From NCBI RefSeq assembly GCF_037042905.1, contig NC_087251.1, positions 26,786,001 to 26,850,000 on the forward strand: DNA of 64,000 nt, written 5' to 3'. Source of the DNA: Lytechinus pictus (lineage: Eukaryota). Of the stretch, positions 41,181 to 54,454 are shown one piece after another (positions within the stretch are counted from its first letter, which is position 1; every line of letters starts with the position of its first letter). The translations under genes and the position numbers were made by a program. The notes beneath the pieces were generated by a model that worked only from the letters and a program-made list of their open reading frames with translations, was not told the origin of the DNA and made no database searches.

Positions 41181-41707
41181 CTATACATTTTGATTTTATT
41201 TACCTTGTATTTTTAACATTGTATATTAATTAGGTAAATAAATACCATACCAATCACCACCTTTCTTATTATTATGAATGTTTGAACACAGAAAATGAAA
41301 TAAAAGGCCTATAATATTTTGTACATTTTGGATGTTTACACGGGATTTGATATATACATGGATAAGTGCATCAAAAAATTGTTTGATTTATCAACCTATC
41401 TTTATGCCAACACAATGCAACCACAGCTTTGAATAACCACCACAACTTGGTATTCCCACCGCCAATGAATAGACTATACAATTTTCAACTCGTTTTTATC
41501 AATATTGTTATAACTTTATAAAAGTACAGTCATCGCGAAAATATGCGACGAATTATTCACGATCTGACACCTCTACACATGTGGTGTTCGTTCCACCTCA
41601 AATCAGTCCTAACAAAATTTAGATACAGACTGAAATGTTATTCCTTGTTTAATATTTCCCCTCTTAATCCAAGCACGTAGTGAGTGGCTGAATACTTCTT
41701 TTCATAT

Positions 41708-42348
41708 TAGCGCGTTTTCGCCCAGCGTCGTACGACGCTATCTACGACGTAGAACGATCTCTTGGTTCGTGCGTCCGTCGCGCTCAACTCTCGCTTGTAA
41801 GCAGTTTCGCAAATCGCTGAACGCGGCCGGATCGACCGCCAACATATGCATTGTATATGTTCCTACTATGTGCACACAACTGGCAGTGCCATGTGTCTTG
41901 CAGTCGCGTCGTCGACCGAGCCATGCAACGGCTTTTCAATCATATTTCAATAATCATACTCGTTTAAACTTCTACTGTAACATTTTGAAATTATACTTAG
42001 CTTGATTTTAGTATAATTGAAATGGTACTCACCGAAAAACTCGCATTCGAGTCCATGTTTTGAAGCTTTCAGCTATCAGTGTAGTCAGAGTAGAGTACAA
42101 CATGTGCATGCACGCGATGGGCGAATGTGTTTACATCGGCTCAGCTTGCTCGCTCTACAAGCGATCTGATTGGCTGTTGACGGCTGTTGACAAATCCTAC
42201 GTTCTAATGCGGACGCCCGCTAATTTGCGGAAGAACCGTCCGTGATTTGAGCTCAAGAACGCTCGGGCCTCTGTTTCCATGGAAGTTGGCGATTTTTGCA
42301 CACGACCCTTACGTTCTACGTCGTACGACGCTGGGCGAAAACGCGCTA
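41708..42348. mobile_element. Academ-like non-autonomous element (641 bp)
   Basis: Perfect 30-bp TIR TAGCGCGTTTTCGCCCAGCGTCGTACGACG; TAG..CTA termini; 3-bp TSD TAT (41705-41707, 42349-42351). Confidence 0.8.
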
Positions 42349-43074
42349 TATCGTTTTGAGGGGGTTTCATTTGTGTGTGGGCGGTCCTAACGAGAGTATT
42401 TGTGACTTAGTTCGTAGGCAACGGGCCCACTTTCCATTTAGGTATTTCGTAGAACAAGAATTTTAAACGTTCATCAAACTCCCTTTTATATTTTCATATT
42501 ATTTCTATATTATAAACACAACATTTTCTTAAAGGTACTTAATAAATTTTGACGCATTTAGCATGTAATCGATAACTCCATCCAAAGGCTAAAAAAAAGT
42601 TTTATGAGCCAGGGGTGTTGTTATGTCAGAAATTGTTCAGTTTTCAAAGTCTGCTGGACATGTTTGAAGCCCCCACACGGTTCACAAAGACAATTAAATT
42701 AACATCAAATCAGTGAGTAGACCTATTTATTTAACTAATTGTTTTTATCCTATCCCTCTATATATTCCTATTCGAACTATTGGTCTACAATTACTATACA
42801 TATTTCTTTCAGCAGTCTGTCACAAGTCATTGTCTAGCTTATTCAAATGGATAGCGCAATAGATGTAGTTACAATAGACAACTTTAATTATCACAACTCA
42901 TTTATCATTGCACTCACCATTCAATTATTTAAAACAGTTGAATTTTCACTTTAGCTATCATATAATCAGAAATATAAATTGAAGTGAACACCCAACAGAC
43001 CTCATATTGCTGACAAATGTGACAATACAAATATGATAAACAAGTATCGAATAGTGTGCACTATTATAATTTCA

Positions 43075-43116
43075 ATAATTCAAAACAACGTACTATAGTA
43101 CGTTGTTTTGAATTAT
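43075..43116. repeat. Perfect 42-bp palindrome
   Basis: ATAATTCAAAACAACGTACTA|TAGTACGTTGTTTTGAATTAT, no spacer. Confidence 0.95.
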
Positions 43117-44415
43117 ATTTCATAAGTATGGCACTAACTTACTTGTTCACTGTATGAAAAGTAATATGTTCTATGAATATGCATTCAAGTTATTCATTGA
43201 AAGCGACAGGTAATTTCATCGTATTGAGATTTTGGCTCAATACAAATTGGGTTGCATTAATTCCATAATAATATGAAAGAACAATGCCCGAACAATGCAC
43301 ATAATATTGAATGAAAAGGTATGCAATGTATTGTTGGGTAAAGTTATTTTTTATCGCATGTTTGATCTGCAGTGTTGTAAGATACAATACACAATTGCAA
43401 TCTAAATTACAAAATGGTGCAGCCATGAGGTTTGTTTTTCTATGAAATTGAAATATGTAAGTTTATAATCCTACCCTGGGGATAACAACAAAGATGTTAT
43501 TAGAACGTGTATTGTGATTTCTCTTCCGTGTAACTCCGTTTCCTCCGTGCTCGTCTATTTCTCTTTCGCTTTTCCCCCTCCCTCTCTATCCCATTGCCCC
43601 CTCTATCTCTTCCCGACCCCCCCCCGACCCTCGTCGCTCCTCTTTCATATTAAGTCAATCTCACGCAATCGTTCCTTCTTTCCCCCGTAATCTGATTTTT
43701 CTTTACTCTGTGAATTTTATCTATTATCTAGAAATCATTATTTTCAGTGCGAGGTACTCATTAAATATTTTATAAAATGACCCCTAAATTTCTAATGTGG
43801 TGTATTATGTTACGATTTTTTTTTATGCGTAGATAATATGTTTGTAATTATTCAATGCCTCATGGTTGGCGATTGGTTTTTTGGTGAATGGGCTACCCTG
43901 AGAACAGCTTAGAAATAAATAAATGAATAAAAATATTTCCTGGTACCATTCTCAGCTTTATTGTTGTTTAAAAATCGTTTGACAATTCAAGCGAGCCACT
44001 GACCTTTTACGACTAAGGAAAGACTCTTTTCTGATATCGTCGTTTATTCTCACTTGGATGACCAGTAATACACAACCAAAATGTCCTGTTGTGCGCCCAT
44101 ATAAATATCTGCAACCTATGGAATCTTTAAATTGTCATCGACTTGTAGAGATGGCGAGATAAGTCATATCACTAAGGCGACATACTGAGGTTATTATTTC
44201 AACGTGACGAGATCAGAGATACGTATATATCTCGCCAAGTCGACATACAGATAGTTGTATGTCAACTTGACAAGATTGTCTCAATTACGTATTTGTTTGT
44301 TGAAATTTACATATTTACTTTTTATAGGGGGAGGGGCGACAATATAACAAACGAAGGGGAAAAACGATGAAAATGTGTGTATGTGCGAGGGAGAGGAAGT
44401 GCGCGTATGTGTACT

Positions 44416-44430
44416 ATAGTAGTAGTCGTA

Positions 44431-44496
<66 letters not shown>

Positions 44497-44516
44497 AAGT
44501 GGTAGTAGTAGAAGTG

Positions 44517-44553
<37 letters not shown>

Positions 44554-44573
44554 AAGTAGTAGTAGTAGTAGAG

Positions 44574-44619
<46 letters not shown>

Positions 44620-44624
44620 AAGTG

Positions 44625-44679
<55 letters not shown>

Positions 44680-44696
44680 AAGTAGTAGTAGTAGAG

Positions 44697-44751
<55 letters not shown>

Positions 44752-44792
44752 AAGTGGTAGTAGTATAGTAGTAGTAGTAGTAGTAGTAGTAC

Positions 44793-44882
<90 letters not shown>

Positions 44883-44920
44883 ACGACATAGTAGTAGTAG
44901 TATAGTAGTAGTAGTAGTAG
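44416..44920. repeat. (TAG)n microsatellite
   Basis: ~500 bp TAG tract with recurrent AAGTGG/AAG/AGG variants; explains poly-L/Y/V/T ORFs. Confidence 0.97.
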
Positions 44921-46989
44921 GCCTACTGGTGGTGGTGATGGCGGTGTGGTGGTGGTAGAAGAAGAACAACAACAACAACAAAATCGACAGCAGTAGTATT
45001 TAAAAAAAAACGAATAGGGGTAATGAAATGATGAGTATATTGAGGTGTTGAACAAAGAAATAGAAAGGTAGGGGGAAAGAAATATGAGAGTAAACTTATA
45101 TAATCTTATCTTACGATTTAGAATTGTTGAATGCGAAATGACAATCTACAGACGGAAAATGTAATAATTATTGTATCCATTACGTATGTGAATTCCATCA
45201 TCATTGTGGTAAATGGACTGAAAATGGTATTTAGCGTTACGATTGACTGACTTCTTTTAATGTACAGCCTGTTTCCACCAACAAAATGGCAGGAACAACA
45301 TACATACGTATTGGCTATCAATTACAACTATACACACCACAAAATGTCAAATATTTGCGACAAACGCGGAAATTATTTCAATAATTGTTTGATTGCGCTT
45401 GTGTGTCGCGATATTTCAACCGTAAAAATTGTGTCAACCAAGATTTGGTCTTGCAATTATTCATCGACTTTGATCTCGCATATTATGTCCCGATTATGTC
45501 ATGAAGTTAAAACTTGTGCAATGGTTAGTTCCTGTGTGGGAAAACACTTTTCAACTCACAGAGAATGTCGGAGAATTGCGTGTGGGTGTCGTATTAAAGC
45601 TTATTACATTACATACCTATGCCTTCTGAGATATCAAGACCAGAGCAAATGTCGTGTGAGCATATGTCGTGTCATCGGCATGGAACTCGGGCGCAACATG
45701 CTCAATGCATCATATTAATTGCTGTAATTGTTCGCATACCCGAATACAGAGTTTCCAGACCCCCAAAAGATCACAAAACGGCATAGGCCTATAGCAAATA
45801 AATCACCAAACTGAATTGATTTTCTGGCTAAATCTTCTTATTTGTTTGAACCCCTGATTATTTCCCCCTACAACGGCATAGGTCTAATGAATTACTATTT
45901 TTAGGGAGGGGCAGAACGTGACAATGGAGCACGTTACACAGTCAAAAAAAATGTAAGAGAAGAGAGCGATCAAATAGAGTGATATTTATCCACAACTATT
46001 GATTTTAAATTTAGTATGACTCCCCTCGTAGGCAATATTAAATATTATGTCTAATCCAATGATTTTAGTGTGCTTCTTTAATTCAAATAAATCATTATTA
46101 TTTAAGGCACACATTGACCTTGATGATTGAAAATAATGTGCGTGCTTTCACGATATTTTTATTGTTTGCATTCAGACAGGAACTCAAAAAGATGTAACGA
46201 ATGACTGCTCATAGCATACAATAAAAAAGTGCACTGCTATACATATTTTTGTAGGGGATGAAAACAAAATTGTGTGAATCGATGTCTCTTCAGCCAGAAT
46301 ATGACATATATTTTCTTTTCATGTTAGAAAACAACCTTGGATTGTGTGATCCCGTCTATCAAAAAGATAGTTGAGCGTAATGCAGAATTATTTCACATCG
46401 AAATTACGAAGAGAGAGAGAGAGACAGACAGATAGAGAGGGAGAGAGAGAGAGAGGGGGGGGGGGGAGGGGGCGTCCGTGATCCATTAAGTTAGTTTCAG
46501 ATTTAAAGGAACAGAATTGGTATTTCTTCTCGAGTCAAATGCATTAGTTAATTGATAATTGCGTTTGCAATGATGAAGAAGAACAGGGAAATTCAAGGGA
46601 TTTCTTAGGTTAACAGATTTTGTTTAATGCCTAGTTATATAACACCAAAATGTATAAAATTTTCATTATGCATGTAGGACCTACTTGAGTTTGATAAATG
46701 CCCCCCCCCCCCCCTCTCCCCCTCGTCTACATGAGAAAATATACATAATAAACACCCCGGCCCGTAAGGGAGGGGGATTCGAGTTGCATAAAAGAGCGGC
46801 GTAATCAAGCAGTCTGCAAGACTTATCATGCTCTAGATTACGTTAATAATTAAATTTCAAAATTTTGACATGATATCAGTTAAAACTTGTTTGAATATGA
46901 CAACTCTCTAGCTATATGCTCTGGCGTCATCCCCACAACAGAATCGAGGGTCTCTACAAACAACACAAATACACAGCAGGCATGGTTGA

Positions 46990-47335
46990 AGGGCCGTGGT
47001 GTGGTTCTGACTCCCGGTCTGACTCTCGCCTTGTAAACAGAGGGTCGTGTGTTCGAATCCCTCCGCGGTCTAGCGTCCTTTGGCAAGGCTTTAATCCACA
47101 CTTTGCCACTCTCGACCCAGGTGCTAAAAGGGTACCCGGTAGGATGCGAAAGATATTGCATGTTTGATTTTGCCAGCGCCATACGATAAATGCAAGGAAT
47201 GCTCCCCAGGGAGTGGAAATTGTGCACTTTTCGTGCGGGATTGAAATGAATCCAATGACCGGGGTAATAATATGCTGCAACACGCTTTGAGCCATTCTGG
47301 GAAAAGTGTTCTATAAAAATTGGCTATTATTATTA
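46990..47335 (+). mobile_element. tRNA-derived SINE (family of 6871-7213)
   Basis: Near-identical to the 6871 copy; B box GTTCGAATCC; (TAT)n tail. Confidence 0.9.
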
Positions 47336-48802
47336 GTATGGTTGGCCCTATACTTAATCAAAACTTTCAACCATCTCGTTAAAAAGGGTGGTAAAGCTTG
47401 GCAATGAAGGGATAGCGAAAAGAGCTAAAATTATACTGATAGATGTGTTCAACCCCCCCCCCCTTCAAAAACCAATAATTGTGTATCAATATTTTTGGTC
47501 GGACATAGCATATTATCAACCTTCCTTATGAAGACAGTGTCGGAAAGAAACATTATTTCCCTATATTGGGTGGGAGGTCCGAGAGTGTTAATAGATTATC
47601 TAGAAACAATATGAAGCACTCATTGAAACAAGAGCCATGTTTGATAGAAATCAAAATACTTTCTTCCAAATTGAGAGTGCGCAGTCTTTAGTTGGGATCT
47701 TGTTATAGGCCTACTATGTCAACATTATCAGTTTATGAGTGCAGGTGTGGGTGTAATAACAAGCACTGTAAACTTAAAACCCGACATCATTATAACCTAA
47801 ATCAATCAATCAATCACACTACATATTCGGTCAATTACATTTAGTTGAATTATAAGCACTCTCCCAACCGGAGCGAGCAAACAAACTTCATACAAAACGC
47901 CCATGTGCTTGAGCAATCATTCTCCCAGTTTCCCACTCCTAACATTCCAAATTCCACCTCGGAAAAAGAGAATCTATTGGTATATAATAGGTCGGATTAC
48001 CTGTATTATAAAGGGGATCAAACGAAATTAACAACATTAGTATAAAAGTTTGTTGGATAAATAATTCGAGGATAATATCTTCCGGCTAAAGACGAGAGGT
48101 CGCGTGGTGGCGCTATTTGTGTAAAATGCACCAGGACCATCGATTAGACGAGATTGTCCAGGTTTTATCGCAAAGTAGTTGCAAACAATGTTTCAGAAAT
48201 GAAACGGATGCCGAGTGCAGGTCCTCTTCTTTCATTTGATAAACCTTGCGATATGCATTTCCACGAGAACAATTTGAACAGAAGGTACCGAAATTTATTT
48301 GATGGGCGGTGTCTGAATTTAAAAAAGAAAATATTAATTCTATAAACATTTATTTCCTCCATTAGTATGACACTTTTAACAGGAAAAATAAGCAAGAAAT
48401 AAACTTAGTAATGGCTATATTTCACATAAACACGTTTTCACTAGTTTCCTGCTATAGAATGTGGAATGGTAAGTGAAAATAAAAATTTGAACTGTTTATT
48501 TGCTTTAAACTTAATACAATCAGTGCTCCGTCATTTGTCATCATTTCAATCAACAGACATCTAAGCAACCAACATTGTTAAAGGCCAAGTCTACCCCCAA
48601 AAAAACGTTGATTTGAATCAATAGATACATTATAAAGGCATAACAATGAAAATTTCATCATAAAAAATGGATGTAAAATAAAATTTCTAAAGTTTTGCTT
48701 ATGTTTCACAAAACAGTGATATGCACAACTCAGTGATATGCAAATGAGAGTTGATGATGTCACTCACTCACTATTTCTGTTTTTTGTTTGAATTATATAC
48801 AA

Positions 48803-49838
48803 TTTTTTTTGTTTTGAATATTATTTTATTTTCTTCCTCTTTCAAATCAATAAGTTTACAATCACAATTCATATAAATAAAGATTCTTTGTATGTATACA
48901 ATTAATAAACAATCAAACAAATAAACATATCAATATCAATGAGATTACGAATATTTTTAAAATGATTACAAATGAAATTAAACTGCCAAATTTCTCTTTT
49001 ATAACAATGTGAAAGCAGAGGGGAAAAACCCATATCAATCGACAAAATAAAAAAAACTTACTTTGTAAAAAATGACTTTTTCCCTGAATAGAATAGAAAT
49101 AATCTCTTTCGCACATATTAATTGTACAAGAAATAAAAAAAGTATAAAAGATTATTTTAAAGGTTAATTAGAGGAAGGTTATCCTAAAACGTCCCTACAC
49201 ACTCACCATACCCCTCCCCCCTCATCTCTCTCCCCAGACACTCACACAAGCTCACTTCAACTCACCACCACTCACAGCTCCCCCCCCCTTCTTCCCCGTC
49301 ACAAAACTCACACATCCATCTACACACGTACACCCACACACAATGCATCCTGCTCTCTCTGGTACAACTATCTGTATTTGAACAAATAAACAAAACAGAA
49401 ACAAAATGAAGCAACCAATTCATCCATAGTATTAAGAAAGGTATGCATTGATTTGTTCCCATTTCCTCCCGGCATTTCCTTAAGTGCACCCCCAGCTTCC
49501 CCTTTTTAAGCGCTATTTGATATTCCGTATCTCTATACTCTTTAACCAAATGTGTCACTTTCTGTACGGTTGGCAATATTCCCTGTTTTCTTGAACTAAA
49601 AATAATATACTTAATTAAGAATATAATACAGTTTATTAAAGCTACTCTTGTAGTATTTCCAGATATCCCCATGAAAACTGTTTTCCAAACGTCACTGCCA
49701 AGTTCATTCAGTTGAAATATTTTACTCATCTCTTCCCATAATCGCTTAACTTCAGGACAATAAAAAAATAAATGTTGGTAAGACTCAACTTCTTTTTTAC
49801 AAAAGGAACACACTTCCCTTTTAAAGTTACAATATAAA
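48803..49838 (-). mobile_element. 5'-truncated L1/Tx1-type LINE (ORF2 C-terminal zinc knuckle + 3' UTR)
   Basis: ORF 49262-49921 contains CSFCKKEVESYQHLFFYCPEVKRLW (CxxC..HLF..C, typical of the L1/Tx1 ORF2 C-terminus); AATAAA and A-tail near 48803; possible ATACAA TSD; the ORF's N-terminal part is host MITE read-through. Confidence 0.85.
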
Positions 49839-50086
49839 TACAAAATTTCATAGATTTGACAATAAGGTCCCTCTTTGTTGGACCACAATATGTTCAAACA
49901 ATGGTAATTCCACAGGTACATGGAAAAAATTAAACCTCGTTTCTCTTGACAATAAGGAGAAAATGGAAATATTTCAAATAATAAAATACTAAAGAATTAG
50001 CGAGTGGGTGATGTCACCAGTCCCCTCATTTGCATACCGACCAGGATGTGCATATAACTGTTTTGTGAAATTAAGTGAAACTTTAA

Positions 50087-50578
50087 AGGGGAAGTTCACC
50101 CTGAAGAAAACTTTGTTGTAAAATAGCAGAAAAAATAGTAAAAAATATTGGTGAAGTTTTTAGGAAAATCCGTTAAAGAGTAAGAAAGTTATTAGAGTTC
50201 AAAGTTTTGGATTTGTGACGTCATAAACGAGCAGCTGCCCCATGTGTTATGTAATATAAAATGCATGAATTTCAAATTTTGTATGGTTCCTGATGACTTA
50301 ATTTTGTTTTCTATTCATGATCGGGTGTGAAATGATTTGTCTATTGATATACAAAAGGTACAGTGAAAACCATTTTCAATTTTCTGAGAAAATGACATTT
50401 CATTGATTTTTTACCATTCGCTATGTAGGAATGCTGCTCGCATATGACGTCACAAATCAAATAATTGAAATTCTAATAACTTTTTAATTATTTGATGAAT
50501 TTTTCTCAAACCTTCTGCAATATTTATTATTTTTCTGCTATTTTTACAATAAACTTTTTGTCAGGGTGAACTTCCCCT
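50087..50578. mobile_element. Second Kolobok-like MITE family (492 bp), nested
   Basis: TTAA|AGGGGAAGTTCACCCTGA ... TCAGGGTGAACTTCCCCT|TTAA; duplicates the host TTAA seen once in ACTTTAAAATGTC of the 17310 copy. Confidence 0.92.
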
Positions 50579-50789
50579 TTAAAATGTCGTATCTTTCTTA
50601 TTTTACATCCGATTTTGATGAAATTTTCAGTGTTATGCTTGTTTGATTTTTCTCTTTATTCAAATCAACTTTTTGTTGGGTGGACTTGTCCTTTAATGAA
50701 CGGTCAATTGTATCAACAGATATCTTGGCATCCAGCAGTCATCAAATTAACCAGTCAGTCAGCTTTCTATCAAAAGGCATCTCGGCAAC

Positions 50790-50899
50790 CATGGGCGTCA
50801 GCGTAAAGGATTATCTTTTGTTCCTAGGGAGGGGGGGGGGGGGACATCTATTGTTGCGTCCCCCCTAAACACAAAAGATAATCTGCGCTGACGGCCATG
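50790..50899. mobile_element. 110-bp MITE with CAT..ATG termini and 8-bp TSD (P- or hAT-like)
   Basis: CATGGGCGTCAGCG..GATTATCTTTTG / CAAAAGATAATC..CGCTGACGGCCATG; TSD TCGGCAAC / TCGACAAC. Confidence 0.75.
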
Positions 50900-50913
50900 T
50901 CGACAACCAACGG

Positions 50914-51064
50914 TCATCATTTCAATCAACATTCATCATTTCAATCGAGTCATTTCAATCAACAGTCATCATTTTAATCAAAACATTTCAATCAACAGTC
51001 ATTTCAACCAACAAATATTTAAATCAACAAACATTTCAGTCAAGAGTCCTCATTTCAATCATTT
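50914..51064. repeat. Degenerate ~16-bp minisatellite
   Basis: About nine CATTTCAATCAA-like units. Confidence 0.8.
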
Positions 51065-51180
51065 TTGCATTTTATACTTCACTTTTTCCCCCAACTTTTC
51101 TCAGAGTACACAGTAAAACCAAGCACATCAAAAAATTTAAAAGAGAAACAGCTTTTACAGATAGTTGTAAATAATAAGAC

Positions 51181-51186
51181 TTTATT
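51181..51186 (-). terminator. Putative polyadenylation signal of EEF1G
   Basis: AATAAA on minus strand ~1.1 kb after the stop, followed by GT/T-rich sequence; alternative ATTAAA near 52127. Confidence 0.5.
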
Positions 51187-52308
51187 GAAATCTTCTTTCC
51201 TTGGCTGTCGGGACTTTGTTAACCTCTTGGAGGTCCAGGTATGGGACTGGCGAATCTCATTCCCACCTTCCATATAATGAATAATTTTCATGAAATAAAT
51301 ACACAGTAAATTAATGTAAACAGATCATGATTACATCACCGTAATTCTTTCACATCATTCTATAACTCACTATGAAGTATATTTTACAATTTCAACTGAC
51401 TTAAATAGGTTTTAAGATCTGATCTTCAGTAGTAGTTTGTTCAAGGATAATCTAGAGAAAACATAAAATCAACTGAAGGCAATTACAATAGGCTTCTGCT
51501 GGCATCACATACTGAAGAAACCGAACAAGGTTTCTAGAAGTTTGATATACTTCTATTGATCTATGACAGTCTGAAAATAAAGCACAACTGCTGGCATGTC
51601 TTTAAATCTAATACATGACGCGAGAGATAGAAAGAGAGAAAGAAGGTTGGGTTTTTCAGGAGGGAAGGGACAAAAACATGGGATTGCGGATGTTTGCATG
51701 GAGACCTACATTGTGAGAAATTTGTGTTCTTTTTCAAAAGGACACAGCACATCTGGACATTTTGAAATTGAAATTAAATTAAAAACCCAATTTGAGAGCC
51801 TCGATAATCAGAAAAGGAAAGGATAATTTGTGATGCCTTGAATGATAGACAAGCTGGTAAAATAAGTTTTGTGCTGGCACAGATGGAAATAACTTGGTTA
51901 TTAAACCAAAAGAACACACTCGCACACATTATTTGACCACAAAATTTGCAAGGGAATAAACATGATTGGCTTGTTAATGCTCTGGCATATATGTCAAGTC
52001 ACTGATACAAGAATACAAATAAAACCCTCATTAGAAACAATACTTAAAGTCATTGACTGTCTTAAATTAGATTACACTTGAAAATAATAGAGTGGATATG
52101 AATTACAAGTTAGTTTACCACCATTCTTTAATTAGTTACTTTCATACTGCATCAAAACCATATGTAAGAGTGGATGGGATTTTACATAGGTGTGTGTGTG
52201 AAGGGGGGGGGGGGGGGTTACTGGACAGGTACTGCTGGATTACACTATGAATGGAAACAAAATTACACAAATGGTTTTGCAGTTCACGATAGTAGGGACG
52301 ATTTTCTT

Positions 52309-52461
52309 TCACTTAAAGACCTTCGCTTGGTTGACCGTGAGATCACCAATGTCTCCTTCCCCGATAAAGAACTTTTTGACCATCTCCTTTGTCTCTTCTG
52401 TATCAGGGTCTAGTTTGGTCCATTTGTATGAGGGGGAGTCGATCGCCCAGTCTGGATTCCT
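52309..52461 (-). CDS. EEF1G: Elongation factor 1-gamma (eEF1B-gamma), last coding exon
   Basis: Acceptor TTTTTCCATTCCAG; translates RNPDWAIDSPSYKWTKLDPDTEETKEMVKKFFIGEGDIGDLTVNQAKVFK*, matching the eEF1G C-terminus pattern (PDW..D..SY.W.KLDP..EET...NQ.K.FK*); phase 0 fits the upstream exon. Confidence 0.95.
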   Translation of the reverse strand, partial: RNPDWAIDSPSYKWTKLDPDTEETKEMVKKFFIGEGDIGDLTVNQAKVFK

Positions 52462-52509
52462 CTGGAATGGAAAAAGACAAACAGCAAAGTATCAGTGAGC
52501 AGCACATAT

Positions 52510-52744
52510 GGTAGCTTTGCAGAGCTTCAATATGAAGCTTCAGGTGGAGCACAATCATTACCCCAGTTTTAGCATAACTACAAGGAGTTGCTTTAGCTAT
52601 TCAAGGAATACATCCTTGTCATGTACCTGTTAACCTAATCTGGGTCAAGTTTGGCAATGTAGATCAATGTCTACCTTAACAACTTTCATGCATTGTCAAG
52701 ATTTGAACCTGGAACCTTGCAATCTATGAGAGACCTATCCACTA
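52510..52744 (-). mobile_element. Old SINE (family of 40925), head split by the hAT-like insertion
   Basis: Minus: B-box GGTTCAAATC, AACTGGGGTAATG motif; A-box part GGTCTAGTGG lies beyond the insertion at 54113-54122. Confidence 0.55.
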
Positions 52745-54112
52745 CAGACCTGCCAACCTCTGGGAATGAAAAACTGTATTCTGTGATAAAAAAAACTGTA
52801 TTTTCCCCCCCAAAAGTGTATTTTATAATAAAATGCTTGGCCTCTCGCTCATCGCAGCGCTCAAGCTGCATGCAAGCTAAAATGCGCACTGCTCTTGCAG
52901 ATGAAAAGAAAAACATTGAAACTTGTGTAAATCTCACCCTGGTTTTTACAAAATGATTGAAAAAAAAAAACAAGTTGCCTGAAATTACATTGATCTAATT
53001 ACCATATTTGTGTACGTTTTATGAAATAGAGACATATAGAGATGATTTTTCTCAATAAATTACGATTTACAAAAACGTATTTTGAAAAGAAACAAGTGGA
53101 ATGCCTCTGGCCGTCTCACCTGCATCACGCGATTCAATATAGCAGCAGTGCTGATTTTGAATACTACTATAACTCGCACAAGATGTTCAGTGATACTTGG
53201 TTACTCTTATTTCCACGTTTTATGAACTAGACCAATACACTTATAGAGATATGATGGCAATTCAACAAATACCCCCAACGTGGCCAAAGTTCTTTGACCT
53301 TACATGACCTTTGACCTTGATCATGTGACCTGAAACTCGCACAGGATGTTCAGTGATACTTGATTACTATTATGTCCAAGTTTTATGAACTAGACCAACA
53401 CACTTTCAAATTTATGGCTGTAATTCAACAAATACCCCAATTTGGCCAAAGTTCATTGACCCTAAATGACCTTTGACCTTGATCATGTGACCTGAAACTT
53501 GCACAGGATGTTCAGTAATACTTGATTACTATTATGTCCAAGTTTCATGAATCAGATCCATAAACTTTCAAAGTTATGATGGTAATTCAACAGATACCCC
53601 CAATTCGGCCAAAGTTCATTGACCCTAAATGACCTTTGACCTTGGTCATGTGATGTGAAACTCATGCAGGATGTTCAGTGATACTTGATTAACCGTATGT
53701 ATAAGTTTCATGAACTAGGTCCATATATTTTCTAAGTTATGATGACATTTCAAAAACTTAACCTTAGGTTAAGATTTTGATGTTGATTCCCCCAACATGG
53801 TCTAAGTTCATTGACCCTAAATGACCTTTGACCTTGGTCATGTGACATGAAACTCAGGCAGGATGTTCAGTAATACTTGATTAACCTTATGGCCAAGTTT
53901 CATGAACTAGGTCCATATACTTTCTAAGTTATGCTGTCATTTCAAAAACTTAACCTCAGGTTAAGATTTGGTGTTGACGCCGCCGCCGCCGCCGTCGGAA
54001 AAGCGGCGCCTATAGTCTCACTCTGCTATGCAGGTGAGACAAAAACGTACTGCCGTATTTTGGTTGCAAAAACGTATTAAATACGGCTAAAACGTACTGG
54101 TTGGCAGGTCTG
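52745..54112. mobile_element. hAT-like MITE with 6-bp TSD, containing a nested HINE
   Basis: TIR CAGACCTGCCAACC / GGTTGGCAGGTCTG; TSD CCACTA (52739-52744, 54113-54118); copy without the HINE at 63290. Confidence 0.88.
53091..54045 (-). mobile_element. Non-autonomous Helentron-type element (HINE) with ~160-bp tandem array
   Basis: Sub-terminal IRs GTCTCACCTGCA / TGCAGGTGAGAC, extra short IR and small stem-loop, (GCC)n, T-run termini; inserted in an A/T run with no TSD (compare empty site ~63700-63715). Confidence 0.82.
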
Positions 54113-54454
54113 CCACTAGACCAGGAAACCTATTAAATCTGCGAGATTCAAAACAAATTGTGCACTTATTGTAATATCACTCTTCCATGCTAATCACAGT
54201 GGACTGAACAGCATGCATTAATCTTTCAACTCCGTATATGCAAGAGTGGGATATTAACTATACATTAGAACTTTCTAATTAGTTCTTCTTTCGGCCCTTG
54301 TGCTTTGGAATTGGATTCATCATATAAACTTTTTTTCAAATTTTCACTCATGGGCTATGCTCTTTGTAGGTCTCAGGAAAAGGTGGACAGCCCACATGCC
54401 TATCATTATATTGAACAGTGGTTGCACCTGGATCATGATATGAACAACACATTT

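Larger units (their letters stand above)
48582..50692. mobile_element. Kolobok-like MITE carrying two nested insertions
   Basis: TTAA|AGGCCAAGTCTACCCC ... GGGTGGACTTGTCCT|TTAA; colinear with 17310-17903 once the inserts are removed. Confidence 0.85.

Noticed and set aside
44281..45055. Up to 219-aa poly-T/L/Y/V ORFs
   Set aside because: (TAG)n microsatellite.
53091..54045. Regularly spaced repeats resembling a CRISPR array
   Set aside because: Whole ~160-bp units repeat with no unique spacers; eukaryotic context, no cas genes.
54315..54440. Possible C/D box snoRNA motifs (ATGATGA at ~54317; CTGA at ~54373)
   Set aside because: Boxes are not paired in the right order and spacing; no terminal stem or convincing guide.
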